A DNA stretch of 64,000 nucleotides from Spongospora subterranea f. sp. subterranea. Lineage: Eukaryota. The position numbers and the translations under genes were made by a program. The stretch is taken from contig JAUGWO010000042.1 in NCBI GenBank assembly GCA_049724395.1, forward strand, positions 124,001 through 188,000. Direction: 5' to 3'. Below are positions 1-13,887 of this stretch, piece by piece (the stretch's first letter is position 1; every line of letters begins with the position of its first letter). The notes under the pieces were generated by a model that worked only from the letters and a program-made list of their open reading frames with translations, made no database searches and had not been told where the DNA came from.

Positions 1-3000
1 TCAAACCGTCGCTTGCAAAAACTTTAGAAGCGGAATTGCGAACCATCACTCCCGGGGAACCTATCATACCCACTCGTTTCAAACGTGGCCAACAATCGGT
101 TGGGCCTGTCTCTGCAGCAAAAACAGGAGACAATCTTATCGATCGTGTCGATATCAGCAGCAAGATAACCAGCAAAATTCTTAAACAAATGGAAAGCGAA
201 GCCTGGAAGGATCGGAAAGAAGCGCTCGATGCGGTAACTCGCATCCTTGATGAGGCTCGCCATGCTATACAGCCGAATATCAAGAATCTATTGAAGGCTG
301 TCCTTGTTCGCGCTAATGATGCGAACAAATTGCTAGTCCTTACTGCTCTTTCTGTAGTCCGTACCCTTGGTGACGACATCGGTCCTTCTGCCGTACATAA
401 ACATGCGAAGGCAGTTGTTCCTGTAGTTATGATGCTTGCTGCGGATAGTAAGAAACATATTGCTGCCGAAGCCAGAGGAGCAATTCTTGCATGGATACGC
501 GAAAATGGGCTGCATGCCGCCCTTCCATCAATTTCAAAAACTCTGGAGTCTCATCCGATCTTACGTGAAGGAGTCCTGGAAGTGTTGTTGCAGCGTTTTG
601 CTGACGAGATTCCGGATACTTCAGTAGCGCAACCTCTTCTTCATGCCACTTTTTCATGCCTTCAAGATAAAGTTGTTGCTGTCCGCTTTGCATCTGAGAA
701 GCTGGCTGCCCTTTTTGTTGCTAGCCTTGGGTCTGCATTCGTCAGGGCTGAAGCGTTATCGTTATCTCGCACAGCACAATTGACTGTTCTACCAGTCATT
801 GACAAAGTACAGGACAAAGGCAACTCCAACGAAGGGTCCACGAATCGCAATGATCCAATTCCTGTAATACTTTCTAGCACCAGGCGCGCAACGCAGAAAT
901 CTTCTATTCCAGTTGTGAATCCTTCTCAAGTTCAAAAGGCACCGTCCGGTGTACCTCCTCGTAGGACGCTTTCTCGTACGTTGCGCAAGCGTAAGCCATT
1001 TGAAGGTGCAAAACGAGTACTCAAACGCTCTAAAAGTGTTGAACCTGCACCGGTGGCGAAATCCGACTCCGGCGATGACCCTTGTGATCTTCGTTTGTCT
1101 GATTATAAGTCGATTTGCAGTCGTCGAGAAAGCCGCTGGCGACAAGGACAGATTGGGTTTCAAGAGTGGTCAACTGCGGATATATTTCACCTGAATGAGC
1201 TTCTGGTTCCATATACTTCATCGGCGCTTCATATGGCGATGTTTTCTGACGATTTTCAAAAGCACGTTTCAGCGATCGATACCATTGAACTATCTACTCG
1301 TTCATCTGTAGAAACTGTTAAGTCTCTATGCGATTTGTTGCTAATGTGGTCTTCCTTTCGAATAGCAGAAGATAAAACTCAGGTCGTTGTGAAAGCAATC
1401 GCACTATGTACTACGATTATCTCTTCATGTCCATCCATCGACGAGTACGACGCCAATTGCTTCATGCCTGTCGTAGTTGAAAAGCTGCTTGGTCACAACA
1501 AGCAACCTCTCCGTTTTCGTGGTCGGGATGTTCTCAAGATTTCTTGTAATGTGTGGTCACCATCGTTAGTGGGAAGATTTCTTTTCGACGGCATCATGAC
1601 TTCAAAAAACAGCCGTGTAAAGTCAGCGTGTATGGACGAGCTTTGCCAGATGGCGGGTAACCATCCATTTGATTCTTGCGTTCCCAAAAAAACCTTACAA
1701 ACGGTGGCTGAATATGTTACAAATCATGATTCGTCAATTCGCAACGCAGCCATAGCGCTGTTGCAAAAAGGGTTTGCTGATTTAGGCGATTCCACATTTT
1801 GGTCACGTTTGGGTACCGATATTTCTGAGCGTAGTCGCTCAGCAATCGACAAGCTTTTGAAAAAAGGAGCCGCTTCACCACGCGTCGCCCCCGTTTCGCG
1901 TTCTCGTAGCAGGACCGTCGATCCCATAACCTCTGCTGCTGCATCGCAGCTCCTGTCTGATCCGATGAATGAAACTAGTATTGCGGCTATCAACAGAACA
2001 GGAAATGGAATTTTTTCCAAAAATCCGTTGACATCAACGTTAATTGCCTACATCGATCAAGATATGTTCCAGCTCGATCTTACAGATATTGATAGCCATA
2101 CGCAAACAAAAGTTTTGGTACTAAAAAATTCGCATTGTTCAACTCGTGCTAATTTGTTTGTGTAGGAATCGAATTTGTCTGAACATTTGTCAAAGACTCT
2201 TCCTGCGGGAATCGGTCGTGAGATTTTTTCCCCTTTATTGGGTGACACCGAACCATCTAATTCCTCAAAGATAGAGACTGTCATTCAGCAACTTCATTAT
2301 GGTAACGCCGATATGAGACTGACAACTACGAAGGCGTTATTTGAATATGTCGAAAAATGTGGGGGAAATGATGAAGTTTTGGTCGCGCGTGCAAATGATA
2401 TTATCGCCTCCTTGCTATCTCTGTTTCGCGATGCGTTAGATCAGGATCCACCTCATCATTCCTTGCTTAGAAGGACTGTACAAACCCTTATGGAATTGAT
2501 CAAATGCCACCGTTTGACGTCTGAGCTTACTGTGGATACTCTGCAGACTTTTTATCAGTCAGTAATGCCGCTGATGACTGATTCCTTTCTTACGTAACGA
2601 CAAAAACTGCATATTTTGTGACATTCTAAATGCTTGTTTCTCAGCATATTTCCGGATATAAAAAATGATCGGTTTTCTGTGAACGTCTTGCTGCTAAAGT
2701 CGCTTGAAATGGCTGAGAGGTCGCGCTGCTATTCTGCATTAATTCGATGTCTTACAGATCACTGGTCAAAGTTCGCCGATGATAAAAGCAAAATTCCGTG
2801 AGATCTGATCTAAAAACGAATTTGTTAGTCCTCATTTACTTGTTCAGGCTGTCAGGTCTGTTCTGCCGATGCATCGTCAAAATGATTCGGACATTGGATG
2901 TTACCCATCAACGTCTCAACGTTTCCGTGATACTCGACGAAGTTCATTGTTTTCTTGAGCGATACCCGCAATCTTTTTGGCAAACTCGTGGTGTCCTACT

Positions 3001-3872
3001 AGGCGAAAGCAAGCCCTGGAATGTCAGTCTCGCTGCCGTTATATATTGCATCGGTTAATGTATTAAACCAGGTGATCTACACATTGGTGATGAAACTTCT
3101 TGATTTTCGTGGGCGTTCACTTTTGCAAGAGTTACCTGTCGCGGCGCAAAGTCCAGGGTCAATATTACATGAAATCATTCATGAAAAGTTGGTTTTGTCG
3201 GCCACACCTAGTCAACTTGCCACTCAACTCAGCAAGACCAGTAAATCCAAAGCACCGGATGATCCGAAATTAACGGACATCATTCGACGCGTTCAAATTT
3301 CAGAATTTTCACAGGATGCTCTTTTAGAATTAAACCGGTTTCGGTTATCACATCCATTTGTGGACATTGAGTCCTATCTTGCAAATGTGAGTCCCGCTTG
3401 CTTTTTGGTAGTTCAGTATGAGCTAACATGGTTGCAGTTAAACGATGATGTTCGTCAGTATATTAACCGCAACCTATCTCCAATTACAAACATGATTGGG
3501 GCGGAAGGTCCTGCCGCATTTCCACAGAAAGTAACTTCGTTTCAAGCTCGACTAAAAAAGTTGCAAACCCGCGCAACATCGGCTGATCCTCCTCTGGGGA
3601 CCAGGACATTAGTTTCAGGGACTGCGATGCCGTCGGCGCCGGTTGAAAGTGTTTCTTCAATGAATTCGCTGAACCGGCTTCGTCAAAGACTACAACTTGC
3701 ACACTTTGCAGCTGATTCAAAAGAAAATGAACAAGTGATTCCTAATACGGATCCACACATAGGAAAGGCTGAAGGTCAGACCATTGACGAATCGGACATC
3801 AGGAATGCTGCATCTCTTGATGCAATAAGAGCTAGAATCGCGAAATTGCGAGGAAGCTCTTCGCTACATTAA
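1..3872 (+). CDS. CKAP5: XMAP215/ch-TOG/MOR1 family microtubule polymerase (TOG/HEAT repeats), 5' end outside window, multi-exon
   Basis: TOG motifs (RVDISSKIT..MESEAWKDRKEALD; MFSDDFQKH; DLLLMWSSFRI; SKNSRVKSACMDEL). ORFs 36-2165, 2175-2597, 2798-3058 and 3021-3872 join via short GT-AG introns. Confidence 0.9.
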
Positions 3873-4639
3873 CATTATACTTATACAAATGTAATGAATT
3901 ATCCATACCCTGGTAGTTAGAATTTCGCTGCTCTATCGTAATCACCTTTTCACACCCACCAAACCTTCTGCGTAGATTTTAGGTGCTCAGAAACGTATTC
4001 GGATTACGAAATAGGAATTGTAGATCGGTAAATCTTATCACGATTAACAATTTTGCCGCCTCTTGTCCACGCAGTCATATCAACACAATAATACAACAGT
4101 GAAGATGAGATTGTGGCGTTCCTGGCATAAGATAATGCTCTACTAAGTAATCCTTCTGCTCCTTGTGCCATCCCTTCTTACAGTTCACTGCCCTCTGTGC
4201 CTTAACAGCCAAAAACTGCATCGCGGGGCCCAGGTCGCCGACCATTGTCCCTAGAAAGTGCATACCCTGCGCGCGTCAGCGCATGAGATCACTTTCGTTT
4301 TAGCCAGGTTGAGGGAGAGGCCATCTGCTGTGAAAATATTGAAACCTTTGTGATGATGTCCAGGGCCGGCTGCCACCCGGCCGGCAGCATCGTGGGTGAA
4401 CAACAGTCAATATAGAACAATCGAGCGATCAACTTGATGATGATATTGGCGACAATCGACAGTCAATACCAATAACGAAACGCGCGGGCGGTAGAGGTGG
4501 GGGCTGAGCGTGTGGGCGGTCCGAGCAAGGTGGCGACGGTCACTCGAGTTGTAGGCGCTTTACAAATCCAGGAGGATGTCGGAAGCTTCGGGGGAATCGG
4601 CGCGGACAACCTTGTTCGCGGGTCTGGAAAACTATGGGC

Positions 4640-4960
4640 TCGACGCCACCTGGGGTACCGACTCCAAGCTGGAACTGCAAAACGTCATCAAGTGTATCAA
4701 GGCCGGTCGACTGGGCAAAGCCGCACGTATTCTCACTTCCCTTGCGGGTCTGGCTTCCCAACCAACGCCACGTTAAAACATCTTCAGCGACTGCATCCAC
4801 CCGGCTCAAAAGCCCCGTTTCACAATTACTCAGGCCCCATTGGCATCAACATCTCTGACTCCGACATCAGCCTCGCGCTCAAGTCCACCAAGTTTGACAC
4901 AGCTGACGGCCCCTCCTGTTGGTCCACGACCCTCATCCGCTCTGCAGCGAAGAACACGTC
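4640..4960 (+). mobile_element. Frameshifted fragment of a CRE/SLACS/Cnl1-type non-LTR retrotransposon (region N-terminal to RT)
   Basis: Joining two frames gives IKAGRLGKAARILTS..TNATLKHLQRLHP..DISLALKSTKFDTADGPSCWS, resembling the G-x2-KA-R-L / L-x2-LHP / A-GP-x-W pre-RT segment of CRE-clade LINEs. No RT core follows. Confidence 0.55.
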
Positions 4961-5606
4961 AGAGAGCCTTCGCTGTGCAATAGGTATTTTGACTCGTGTT
5001 CAACAGGCCAAAGTTGTTTTTATTCATGATATGTGGCTTGAGTAATGGTAAATCACGGCGCTGTTGCACTCTAGTTTTAGAGGACAAGGCAGAATCGCCA
5101 CTCATCATCATTTGAGAGTTAAAAAAAAGTTGAGCTCATTACAGGGCGCAATCAGTAAAACAAACAATCTCCGCTCGAGGAGAGAGGTCGCAACCAGCTG
5201 ATAATGTGTATGAATGAACAAAACGTTTGCTATATTTTCAATCGAACTATTTAAATAATTGTTGTCTAAACGACTTCAAACAAGCAATCCAAGCTCGTCA
5301 ACAGCAAGAATCTGCTGCATCTGGGCGAGAGACGGCCATGTTCTCCGTTGCAGAGAATCAGATGAAAGGCATGACTCTGCACCCAGTACTAATTTACCAC
5401 ATCCATCCATATCTGTAATTTTAGTCTTGGGCTATTATTGCTATTGCCCACTACTGTACACAGTCATGAATGCCCACGATCAAGTGCAGTCGCTGCAGTG
5501 ATCAGTCATGGACTCATGGCACGTGGCAAAAATTTGCCGAAAGACTATGTCGGTGCGACTGTATCCACCTGAAATCCAACTCTGTTATCACTGCCATTGT
5601 GAAATC

Positions 5607-6886
5607 ATGGGTGCCGAAGGATATCATGAAAAAAAACGCTCGGTGGGCATACTAGGAGCTACAGGGTTGGTTGGGCAGAGGTTCATCCAGAGATTGAATG
5701 GGCATCCTTGGTTTACGGTTCAAGTTGTAGCTGCTTCAGCCAAGTCTGCCGGCGTAGCATATGGTGATATCGTACAATGGAAATTAGATTCGAAAATTCC
5801 TGAAGGCGTTGCTGCTCTTACTGTTCGATCATGCTCAGTTGAAGAATTTGATGGGGTTGACATCATATTTTCCGCATTGGATTCAGCCGTTGCTGGCAAC
5901 ATTGAGGAACGCTTCGCAGCTGCAGGATTTGCGGTATTTACCAATGCAGGCAATCATCGAATGGACGCCAGGGTGCCTATTCTGATTCCTCTCATAAATC
6001 CGGACCATATACACGCTGTGAAGTTACAGCAACGGGATAGGAAGACAAAAGGATTTATTGTCTCGAACGCAAACTGCTCCAGCACCGGTCTTTCGATAGC
6101 TCTCAAGTTAGTATCATGTCGTAAATCACCAAAAATGAATCTAACAATGTTTGAGGCCCTTACAAGATGCTTTTGGAATTGAATCGGTGTTCCTTGTCAC
6201 GCTTCAGGTACTTCATTTGACAGTTAACTGTTTCTACTCTTAATATAACGCATAGGCAATATCAGGTGCTGGCTATCCGGGGTAAGCGCGAACTCCTCTC
6301 ATTCAGAAAATGTTTGATCCAAACTATATCAGTGTTTCGGCTCTGGACATCGTTGACAACGTCATTCCTCTCATCACTGGAGAAGAGTCCAAACTAGAGC
6401 TCGAGCCGCTAAAAATCCTCGGCACTTGGGATACAGTAGACGAATCGTTCAAGTTTGCACAGTTCACTCTTAGCGCTCAATGCAATCGTGTCGCTGTCCG
6501 AGACGGGCATATGGCATGCTGTTCAGTGAAATTGAAATCTCCTGCCAATATTTCCGAGATTGAATCTGTATTGTCCCAGTACCAGCCGTCGATTGTAAAA
6601 CTGGAGCTTCCATCGGCACCAGATCGTGCCATCATCATTTCTGAAAAACTTGACCGTCCTCAGGTATTTGTTGTCGCTTTCTGAACAATGCGAACCTCAA
6701 AAGAACAATTGATAGCCTCGTCTTGACCGCGACGCTGGCGATGGATTTTCGGTGACTGTTGGAAGGATCAGGTCGTGTTCATTGTTCGACGTCAAATTTG
6801 TTTGCCTTAGCCACAACACTGTGATTGGTGCGGCGGGTGGCTCGATAATGAACGCTGAGCTAGCTGTGCATTATGGCTATGCCTAA
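5607..6886 (+). CDS. asd: Aspartate-semialdehyde dehydrogenase (HOM2 type), 5 exons
   Basis: [20 protein letters not shown] active site, [10 protein letters not shown] (26-bp micro-exon), [28 protein letters not shown]. Four introns of ~50 bp. Confidence 0.95.
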
Positions 6887-6898
6887 TATATATACAAT

Positions 6899-7315
6899 TT
6901 AATCATTCGCTTGCCAGAATGTGCCCATATTGTTTCCCTCCATTTCCACGTCTTGCTGCATTCGGCTCGCCTCTCGGATTGATACTTTATGCTTTTTGTA
7001 ACTCTCTAGGAACGGCTGCAAAACTTCACAATATTCATCGAAGCCGAGAGCATGGCTTGCTGTAATCACATCCTTGCCCGATACCATTTTACGCTTGGCC
7101 GCAGAGGTATGAGATGCCGCTTCACCTGTTATGAAGGCGATAAACTCCCTTAGACACATTTGCATGTATCGGACAGCGGCCGCGCTGGCAGCGGCATTAG
7201 CCGGTAACGCTCGTTTGATGACGCGCATGACATTAGATGACGGTAGGTAAATCTCTGACTCTTTTACTGGGATCCGCCCGTCAATTACAGTGTCGGTGTT
7301 GTCGTTACGGTCCAT
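6899..7315 (-). CDS. NF-YB/HAP3-like histone-fold protein
   Basis: YLPSSNVMRVIKRALP..MQMCLREFIAFITGEA..KRKMVSGKDVITASHALGFDEY. Single exon. Confidence 0.85.
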   Translation of the reverse strand: MDRNDNTDTVIDGRIPVKESEIYLPSSNVMRVIKRALPANAAASAAAVRYMQMCLREFIAFITGEAASHTSAAKRKMVSGKDVITASHALGFDEYCEVLQPFLESYKKHKVSIREASRMQQDVEMEGNNMGTFWQAND

Positions 7316-7657
7316 CTAACGATCACGACGGTTGTGTCTCGTGACCTCTTAATCGTGCGGACTCCACCTCATCCTGTTAGTTATGAGACCTGGTGGGCTC
7401 GGCCTCGGTTACAGATCCGTTTAACTGTTGGTTAATTATGCAATCCGATATACAGATCAATTAAATAGTGATGAGTTATGTCAAGCAATACGGTTCATTT
7501 GAGCTTAGAGACAAGTTCAGACAATATCGGGAAATGGTGCCGGTTTTCGGGAACGGTCAGCGATAGTCCGCGCTGTTCCTCACCATCATCGGTACCTTTG
7601 CTGGCACCTGCAAATCGGTCGCGTGAGCTGCCGTGCTGCTGGGCTAACGCCTGAGAT

Positions 7658-10600
7658 ATGTCATGGCTCCATATTGAGGACTGTCGGGACACTGTCGTTG
7701 CGCACACACGATCCATAGCGATTCCTGAGGCGCATTCTACCCAAACGACGCTGAGATCATCTACTGACTACGAATCGATTACTCAAGCGATATTGACGGT
7801 GATATCCTCCACTCCTCATGATCAATCCATTCATGGCTTATGTCAGCAATTGTCCAACGTTGTCATGAATCTAGTTGATAATCCCACTCCTGCAATCCTG
7901 TCTGCTCTTGTTCGGATGATCAACATTCGCCCGGACGCGTATCCCAGTCTCATGTCGTCTCTGTTCGAACATGTGTACCGGCCGATGCGAGATTTGGTTC
8001 GAATATGCCCTCTCGTTCTTCACATTTTTATGAGCGAGAAGTTGGTCGTTCTTTGGGCTGATCTTCATCAGCGTCTCATAAACGTTGCTTTGCGTTATCC
8101 AGAGATTGGCGTTGAGGTCGCTGAGTTATTGTGCAAAATACATGGTATTCACATACCCTCTGCATTTCCTAGCACACATCCTGGATTTATGGTTGTTTAT
8201 CACAATGGCAATATTATTAACCTTATTGATTGCGTATTCTCCCTGGACATTGACTACCATGGCGCTGACGTATGTATTGACCTCGCTAAGCAATTGGTCG
8301 CTTTAGGATTGGATAATCTTTGCCGTTATAGCACTGTAGAACCTTCATGCCGCTCACTGCTGTATTTATTCTCACTGGACATATGTCTTGCAGCTGATTC
8401 ACGAATTGTTTTCGTCTTGGCGTGGGTCATGTATTATCATTCAGGCCTTCAGACCGATCGTGATCTGTGCTGTCTTCTCGACTTAATTCGCATTTCCATT
8501 GATTCACTTATCGAGTTCGGTGCCTCAGACCCGAAAGAGTTCGAAATTGCCATAGGAAGCCTCCGTGCACCTTTGCTTGAGCTATTATCTTCACAACTGC
8601 TTTCGAAGGCTGTCATGGAGCGTGCCAGTCTTTTGTTCAACCTAACACTATCCTGTTTGTACCGTCCATCGACCATAGCTCCACATTCGCCGTCGTGTAC
8701 ACTTCTAATCGATGTATGGCGACTCCCTCGTCTATCCCCCATTGTCCATTTACTATCGACGCTGACATCAGTGTGGCCATCAAATTTGGATAACTTTCTT
8801 CATCGTTCAAGTAATATCAGCATTTCGTCCGATTACGATATTCGGACCTCGAGGTTTACCCTTGGGTTGTTGTTATCGTCTGGACCCACATCGGTTATTG
8901 CCCAGACAATGGCATGGTTGGAATCGTTGGCGAAACAGCATTCTGCTGGTCTACTGGTTTTGTTCCCGGTTATGTTATACAGTCTACGAAATAATCCCGA
9001 TGCAGCTGTGAGGCTGCATCTTCTGTATGGCGTAACAGCTTTAGCACGATCTGTAAACGGAGCAACGTATGCGCTGAGAATCATATTGCCAATCGGGCGT
9101 CATCCAAGCCTTCATGCGCTCTTTATCCGACTGTTGTTTTTTCTATGGACAAACGAATCCCGGTCATCTTATCGCCTTCATCAGGCTTTGTTAGATAACC
9201 TTGATGCATCAGATGAAGTGAGGGTCGCCATATCCGCCTCATTATATGGTATATGCCAGATTAGCGGACCTCAGGCGTTGCCTTTAGTGCCTTTGTTGCA
9301 GTCGCTATTGGAAGATCACAATACATCTACTGTCGCTTTATCACTTCTGTCGCTTAAAGAGCTATGTCAACAGTATTTACTCGACTTCCATATCGTGTTC
9401 GCGTTTCTCGAACGCCGGCAGATTCGTCAGTTCTGTGTTGGTCGCGAACCGTTCGCCATCATCAATCTGTTTCGCCTTTATGAAAGTGTGCTGATTGAAT
9501 ATGACGAAGAAGATCACGATTCTTCAAATTCGCATATGCTAGATATTCTGCAGATGATGTGGTCACAAACATGCCCAATATCGTCACCATCTATTCATAT
9601 CCGTCTGTTCGCATATCGATCATTAATCGCGATCGCTTCTTATTTTGCCTGTAATTCGTCAGCCGAGTTTCAGTTATCTGAACCAGCTGCTGTCCATTTT
9701 TTCGGTCAAGCAAATATCATAGCTGAAGCTGCTTCACGTATACACTCCGAGAAAATCTGGTCGTATTCGACCACTTGTTGAACGCCTAATCGGTATCATG
9801 TGTGCGTTGCAGTTGCAATATACCTCAGTCAAAGCTTTCATAAGAGATACTGACAACCAATCACCAAATGATATCACTGGCTTTTTGGATAACGCGTCAA
9901 AACAGGATTCATGTAGAGAGATTGTTAAATCTGCCTCGTCGACGATATCTAGTCAATGGAGATCAGTGTCAAGATCGTGTGCCCGAGACACCATGTGCAC
10001 GTCAATGTTGACATTTTTATCATCTCGACCGTCGTTTTCACCTTCGGTTCAGCTTGATTATTTTGTTGAGCATGCGCCGTCTCCAAATTTTTCGCGTATT
10101 GGCTGTATAGTATCCCTTGCAATTTCATCGTCTTGGATTCAGTATATGGATGCTGTAATTACGGCACTGACCGTTAATCCACACTCGACGTCAGGCCACT
10201 CGACATATGTACTAGCGCTTGAACAAGAAGAACGGCAGTTATTGAAAATAGGTAATGATTCGTTGAGAATCGATTTTCCGTTAATCGCTGATCGACGTTA
10301 TGCTAGTGTCAGAGGATAGTCGCTGCCTTGGGAATACGTTAATGGCGTTAGCAGGCGTTGCCGTCAAAGCCGGCGGATGGAGCTGTTATGAAATCAGTAC
10401 CCGAATCCACGATCATATAATGTCGTATTTGAAATTGTCTTCGCTTGAACTTGGACCGGCACATTTTCATCTCATGCCCGCTGCAATACTAGCCCTATCT
10501 TATTCCTTGTCTTCTTTACATCCAACTGATGATGCACGGAAATTAGCAACGGTCGACCTTATCTCCAAATTAGTGTATGACCAGGATTCTGAAATAGCAT

Positions 10601-12831
10601 CTGCTGCGTGTATTTGCCTTGGCATCATTGCAGATCAACTTGCTGATGCGGATGGCCCCGATGCGCACGAGAGCAATAACGAGCAAGATAATGCTCAGAT
10701 TTGCGCATTGTTATCCATTACTGACCTGTTAGAATCTCTGGCTTTCAGTTCTAGTAAGCAATCATGGTCTAGCGCCGTTGCATTATGTATGTTATGGGCG
10801 CCATTATGTCGGGTTTGTCAATACTCTCGGCTTTCTTCAATTCATGATCATATTTTAGAAATTGCCAGATCGGATACAGACTCGGAATTACGTAGTGGTA
10901 TTGGTCTATACTCACCATCGTGTGAACCGCGTTCTTACTTTATTTGGCCAATTTCAGGAGCTTTTTTTTCCCTCGGGCAATTGTCTTGGCGACTGTATTC
11001 AGTTGGGATCATATCAGGTGGTGTTCTCAGCGCTGTCGTCGACCTATACCTTCATCAAATTGCCATGGACCATCCTGATATCGGAGCATGTATAGCCGCT
11101 GTTAGTTTTTGCAGCACTCTTCAGTATTCATCGAATTTGTCTTCTCTACCGAAGCATCTGTCATTCCAGGTCTGTGCCCGTCTTTTGGATATCGCTGAAG
11201 GTTCGTATTTTAACACTATTCATGTTAATCGAACCAGCTGATCCGTATATCCTAGGTTCCACTTCCTCAATGCCTGATGATTTGATATCATCGTGCATTA
11301 TTGGTATTGTCGGTTTTACTGGTATGGATATTCTTTATCCTTTCCGCGGTGCAGTTAATCAGCTGCTTCTTAATCATCCTTCATTTTCTCAAATCGGCTC
11401 CACGTTTTATGAAATGATAAAATCCCACGCCACGTCTGCGACAATGCACCCGCAGGTTATCTTTCGTTGTTCCTTTGTTATATTGATTGTTCTCATGTGG
11501 TTTTAGATCGTCGTTGCATCAACATATTGTCTCGGCTTGATTTCATCGATTGATTCAGGTTATGACAGAGCAGCCCTCGTCGATGCAAAACGTATTGCAC
11601 CGTCTGGGTCCTTGTTACGTATTATCTGTAGCAATGTTGAGCGAAGATCATCGCCGACTGATAGCGTTTTGGCGTCCATTATCCGTGCCCTGCTTCATAT
11701 TGCCCAATTCAAAAAGTCGGTTCAAATTCCCATATCTCCTCAAGCTCTCGTCAAACTGCTTCCCACTTCAAGCCATTCCGGCTCAATGCCTTTGTATGTT
11801 CGTTTGCTTTTTTTTTCTTTCAAAACATTCACGATAACTTATTTAGGCTAGCGATAGCTTTATATGATGCGATTATCAGGCTGGTCCTTAGGCAGGCTCG
11901 GTATCAGGATTCTCTAAAGCGGGCTATCGCTGATCTGATATCTCCACCGTCGTTGAAGTTGTTACCCGTTTCTGTGCACCATACGATTTTCAGGTCGCTA
12001 TCAGAAGTTATTGAATGTCTAGATCGTGATACAGGTTTATCCCTAATCTCGTTAATTCGGGACAAGTTCACATCTTCACTTTACATTGAGCCGCTATTGA
12101 CTGGCTTTCGCCGAATAATAACGGCTTGCCCAGATAATGCAGTTAAGCTGTCTGTCATTAACCTTTTATCTAATTATTTGTGTTTACAACTGCCGCCTGA
12201 GTTCGATACCCCCTTATTCGCTGCCTACTCTGCGTGTTTTTCATCAATATCTATAGCAGACCTCGATAACTGTTTTCCCGTTCGCTTGGAAACGCCAGCA
12301 AATGAAGATCGATTGTCATGGGCCATAGCAATTCGCTGTGATCTAGTTCGGCGTGGCGTCATCGATGTCGCCAGTCTCATCCCAATTCGAACGCTAATTG
12401 TGGGCCCAGAAGCGCATGGACAATCGAGGACAATTGGCATATTCGCTGATTCTTGTGCTAAGTCAATCCCTTCAAGCCACCGATTATCGTGGATCCTGAA
12501 CCTGTTTGATTTGGCTGCCGCTTCTCATGATCCGACTCTGGCTTTACACGTATTAGGGGTTATGGTCACGTCCTGGTCTAATCCGTTAATCTCTGGCGAT
12601 GTCGAAACACTATCATATTCGTTGCCGCAAATACTGCACGGTTGGGACGATATGAGCGTCGATTCCATTGTAAGGAGATTGGCGCGATTCGCTAACCCTT
12701 CACCTGATGATGTCAAGTTTTCAACTGATGTACGTTCCGCTGCGGTACCGTCCTTAATCGCTGTTGCCGAATGTTATCCGAGATGTGCTTCAGTGATATT
12801 GTCCGAGCTATACGCTGCAATAACTAATTGA
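7658..12831 (+). CDS. Focadhesin/RST1-like armadillo-type protein (DUF3730), multi-exon
   Basis: Long helical ORFs joined by short introns. The segment IRLLFFLW..EVRVAISASLYGIC..ALSLLSLKELC..LLDF matches the DUF3730 pattern. The start and the junction near 9700-9780 are uncertain. Confidence 0.7.
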
Positions 12832-13027
12832 TATAGAAACATTCACGAGATTATATATATAAACTATCAACATGCTGTTGTCGATGTCATTCACCTTGGT
12901 GCAGATTAATTTTGACATGCTGTACTATTAGGGGCTTTATCCCTATACTTAGTCCTGTCGTTACTGGATTCCACTGTCCGCAGACGGAGTCCGCTACGGA
13001 GTTAACTTCTGATCTTATTCGACAATC

Positions 13028-13477
13028 ATGACGACCTCGTTGAAGAAGAACCGTAAGAAACGCGGTCACGTCTCCGCTGGTCATGGTCGTGTCGGAAAGC
13101 ACAGGAAGCATCCTGGTGGTCGTGGTAACGCCGGTGGTCAACACCATCACCGCATTTTGATGGATAAATACCATCCGGGTTACTTCGGCAAGGTTGGTAT
13201 GCGCCATTTCAACAAGACCAACCAGAAGTACCACTGCCCAATCATTAACGTCGAAAAGATTTGGTCCCTGGTATCTGAACAGACTAAGGACAAATATGCT
13301 GCTGCCACTAGCACCGACAAGGTCCCCGTTATTGATGTCACTCTCGCTGGATTCTCCAAAGTTCTTGGCAAGGGTATCATGCTTGAACAGCCCGCCATTG
13401 TCAAGGCGAAATTCTTCAGCAAGAAAGCAGAAGAAAAGATCAAAGCTGCTGGAGGCATTGCTATATTAACCTGCTAA
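13028..13477 (+). CDS. RPL27A: 60S ribosomal protein L27a (uL15)
   Basis: [50 protein letters not shown]. Uninterrupted ORF. Confidence 0.98.
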   Translation: MTTSLKKNRKKRGHVSAGHGRVGKHRKHPGGRGNAGGQHHHRILMDKYHPGYFGKVGMRHFNKTNQKYHCPIINVEKIWSLVSEQTKDKYAAATSTDKVPVIDVTLAGFSKVLGKGIMLEQPAIVKAKFFSKKAEEKIKAAGGIAILTC

Positions 13478-13887
13478 ACGACTCACTAAAATCATGTTAT
13501 ATCCTTCTTCATTATCATCTCAAAATAGTCATAAGGGCGACCTTTATTTTATCACCATGTTTGAAAGCATCAAAGGGCTGTAGCTACAGATCAAGTCCAT
13601 TTTCTAATGGGCAACCCTTGAAGGTCGCGGTCGGTTATCGTGAGGTTTGGGCATTTATAGTGGACTGACTTGATCTATTCTGATACCCCGTTCGTAACGA
13701 CATATCTGGCACTGTCTCATCTCAAACAGTCCTCGCCAACTCTGTTGGCTTTCCTCTGAATCAAACAGTTGTCCACACGACGGACTTGGCACAGCTTGGC
13801 AATTTTCGACAATTTATCTTCTGCTCTTCATTTCCATCGATTTCTTCCTCTGATCTTCAGAGCAATTTCGCCGATGGTTGATGATTT

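Noticed and set aside
4362..4400. HDV-like ribozyme upstream of the LINE relic (GGCCGGC...GCCGGC)
   Set aside because: Only ~9 nt lie between the putative P1 strands, too few for P2/P3/L3; it is just a GC-rich hairpin.
9660..9800. Non-canonical intron or frameshift in the focadhesin-like gene
   Set aside because: Several solutions fit (short GT-AG, GC-AG, GAG acceptor, homopolymer error), and homology by eye cannot choose among them.
12887..13234. Antisense ORF over RPL27A
   Set aside because: Codon-bias shadow of a highly expressed gene.
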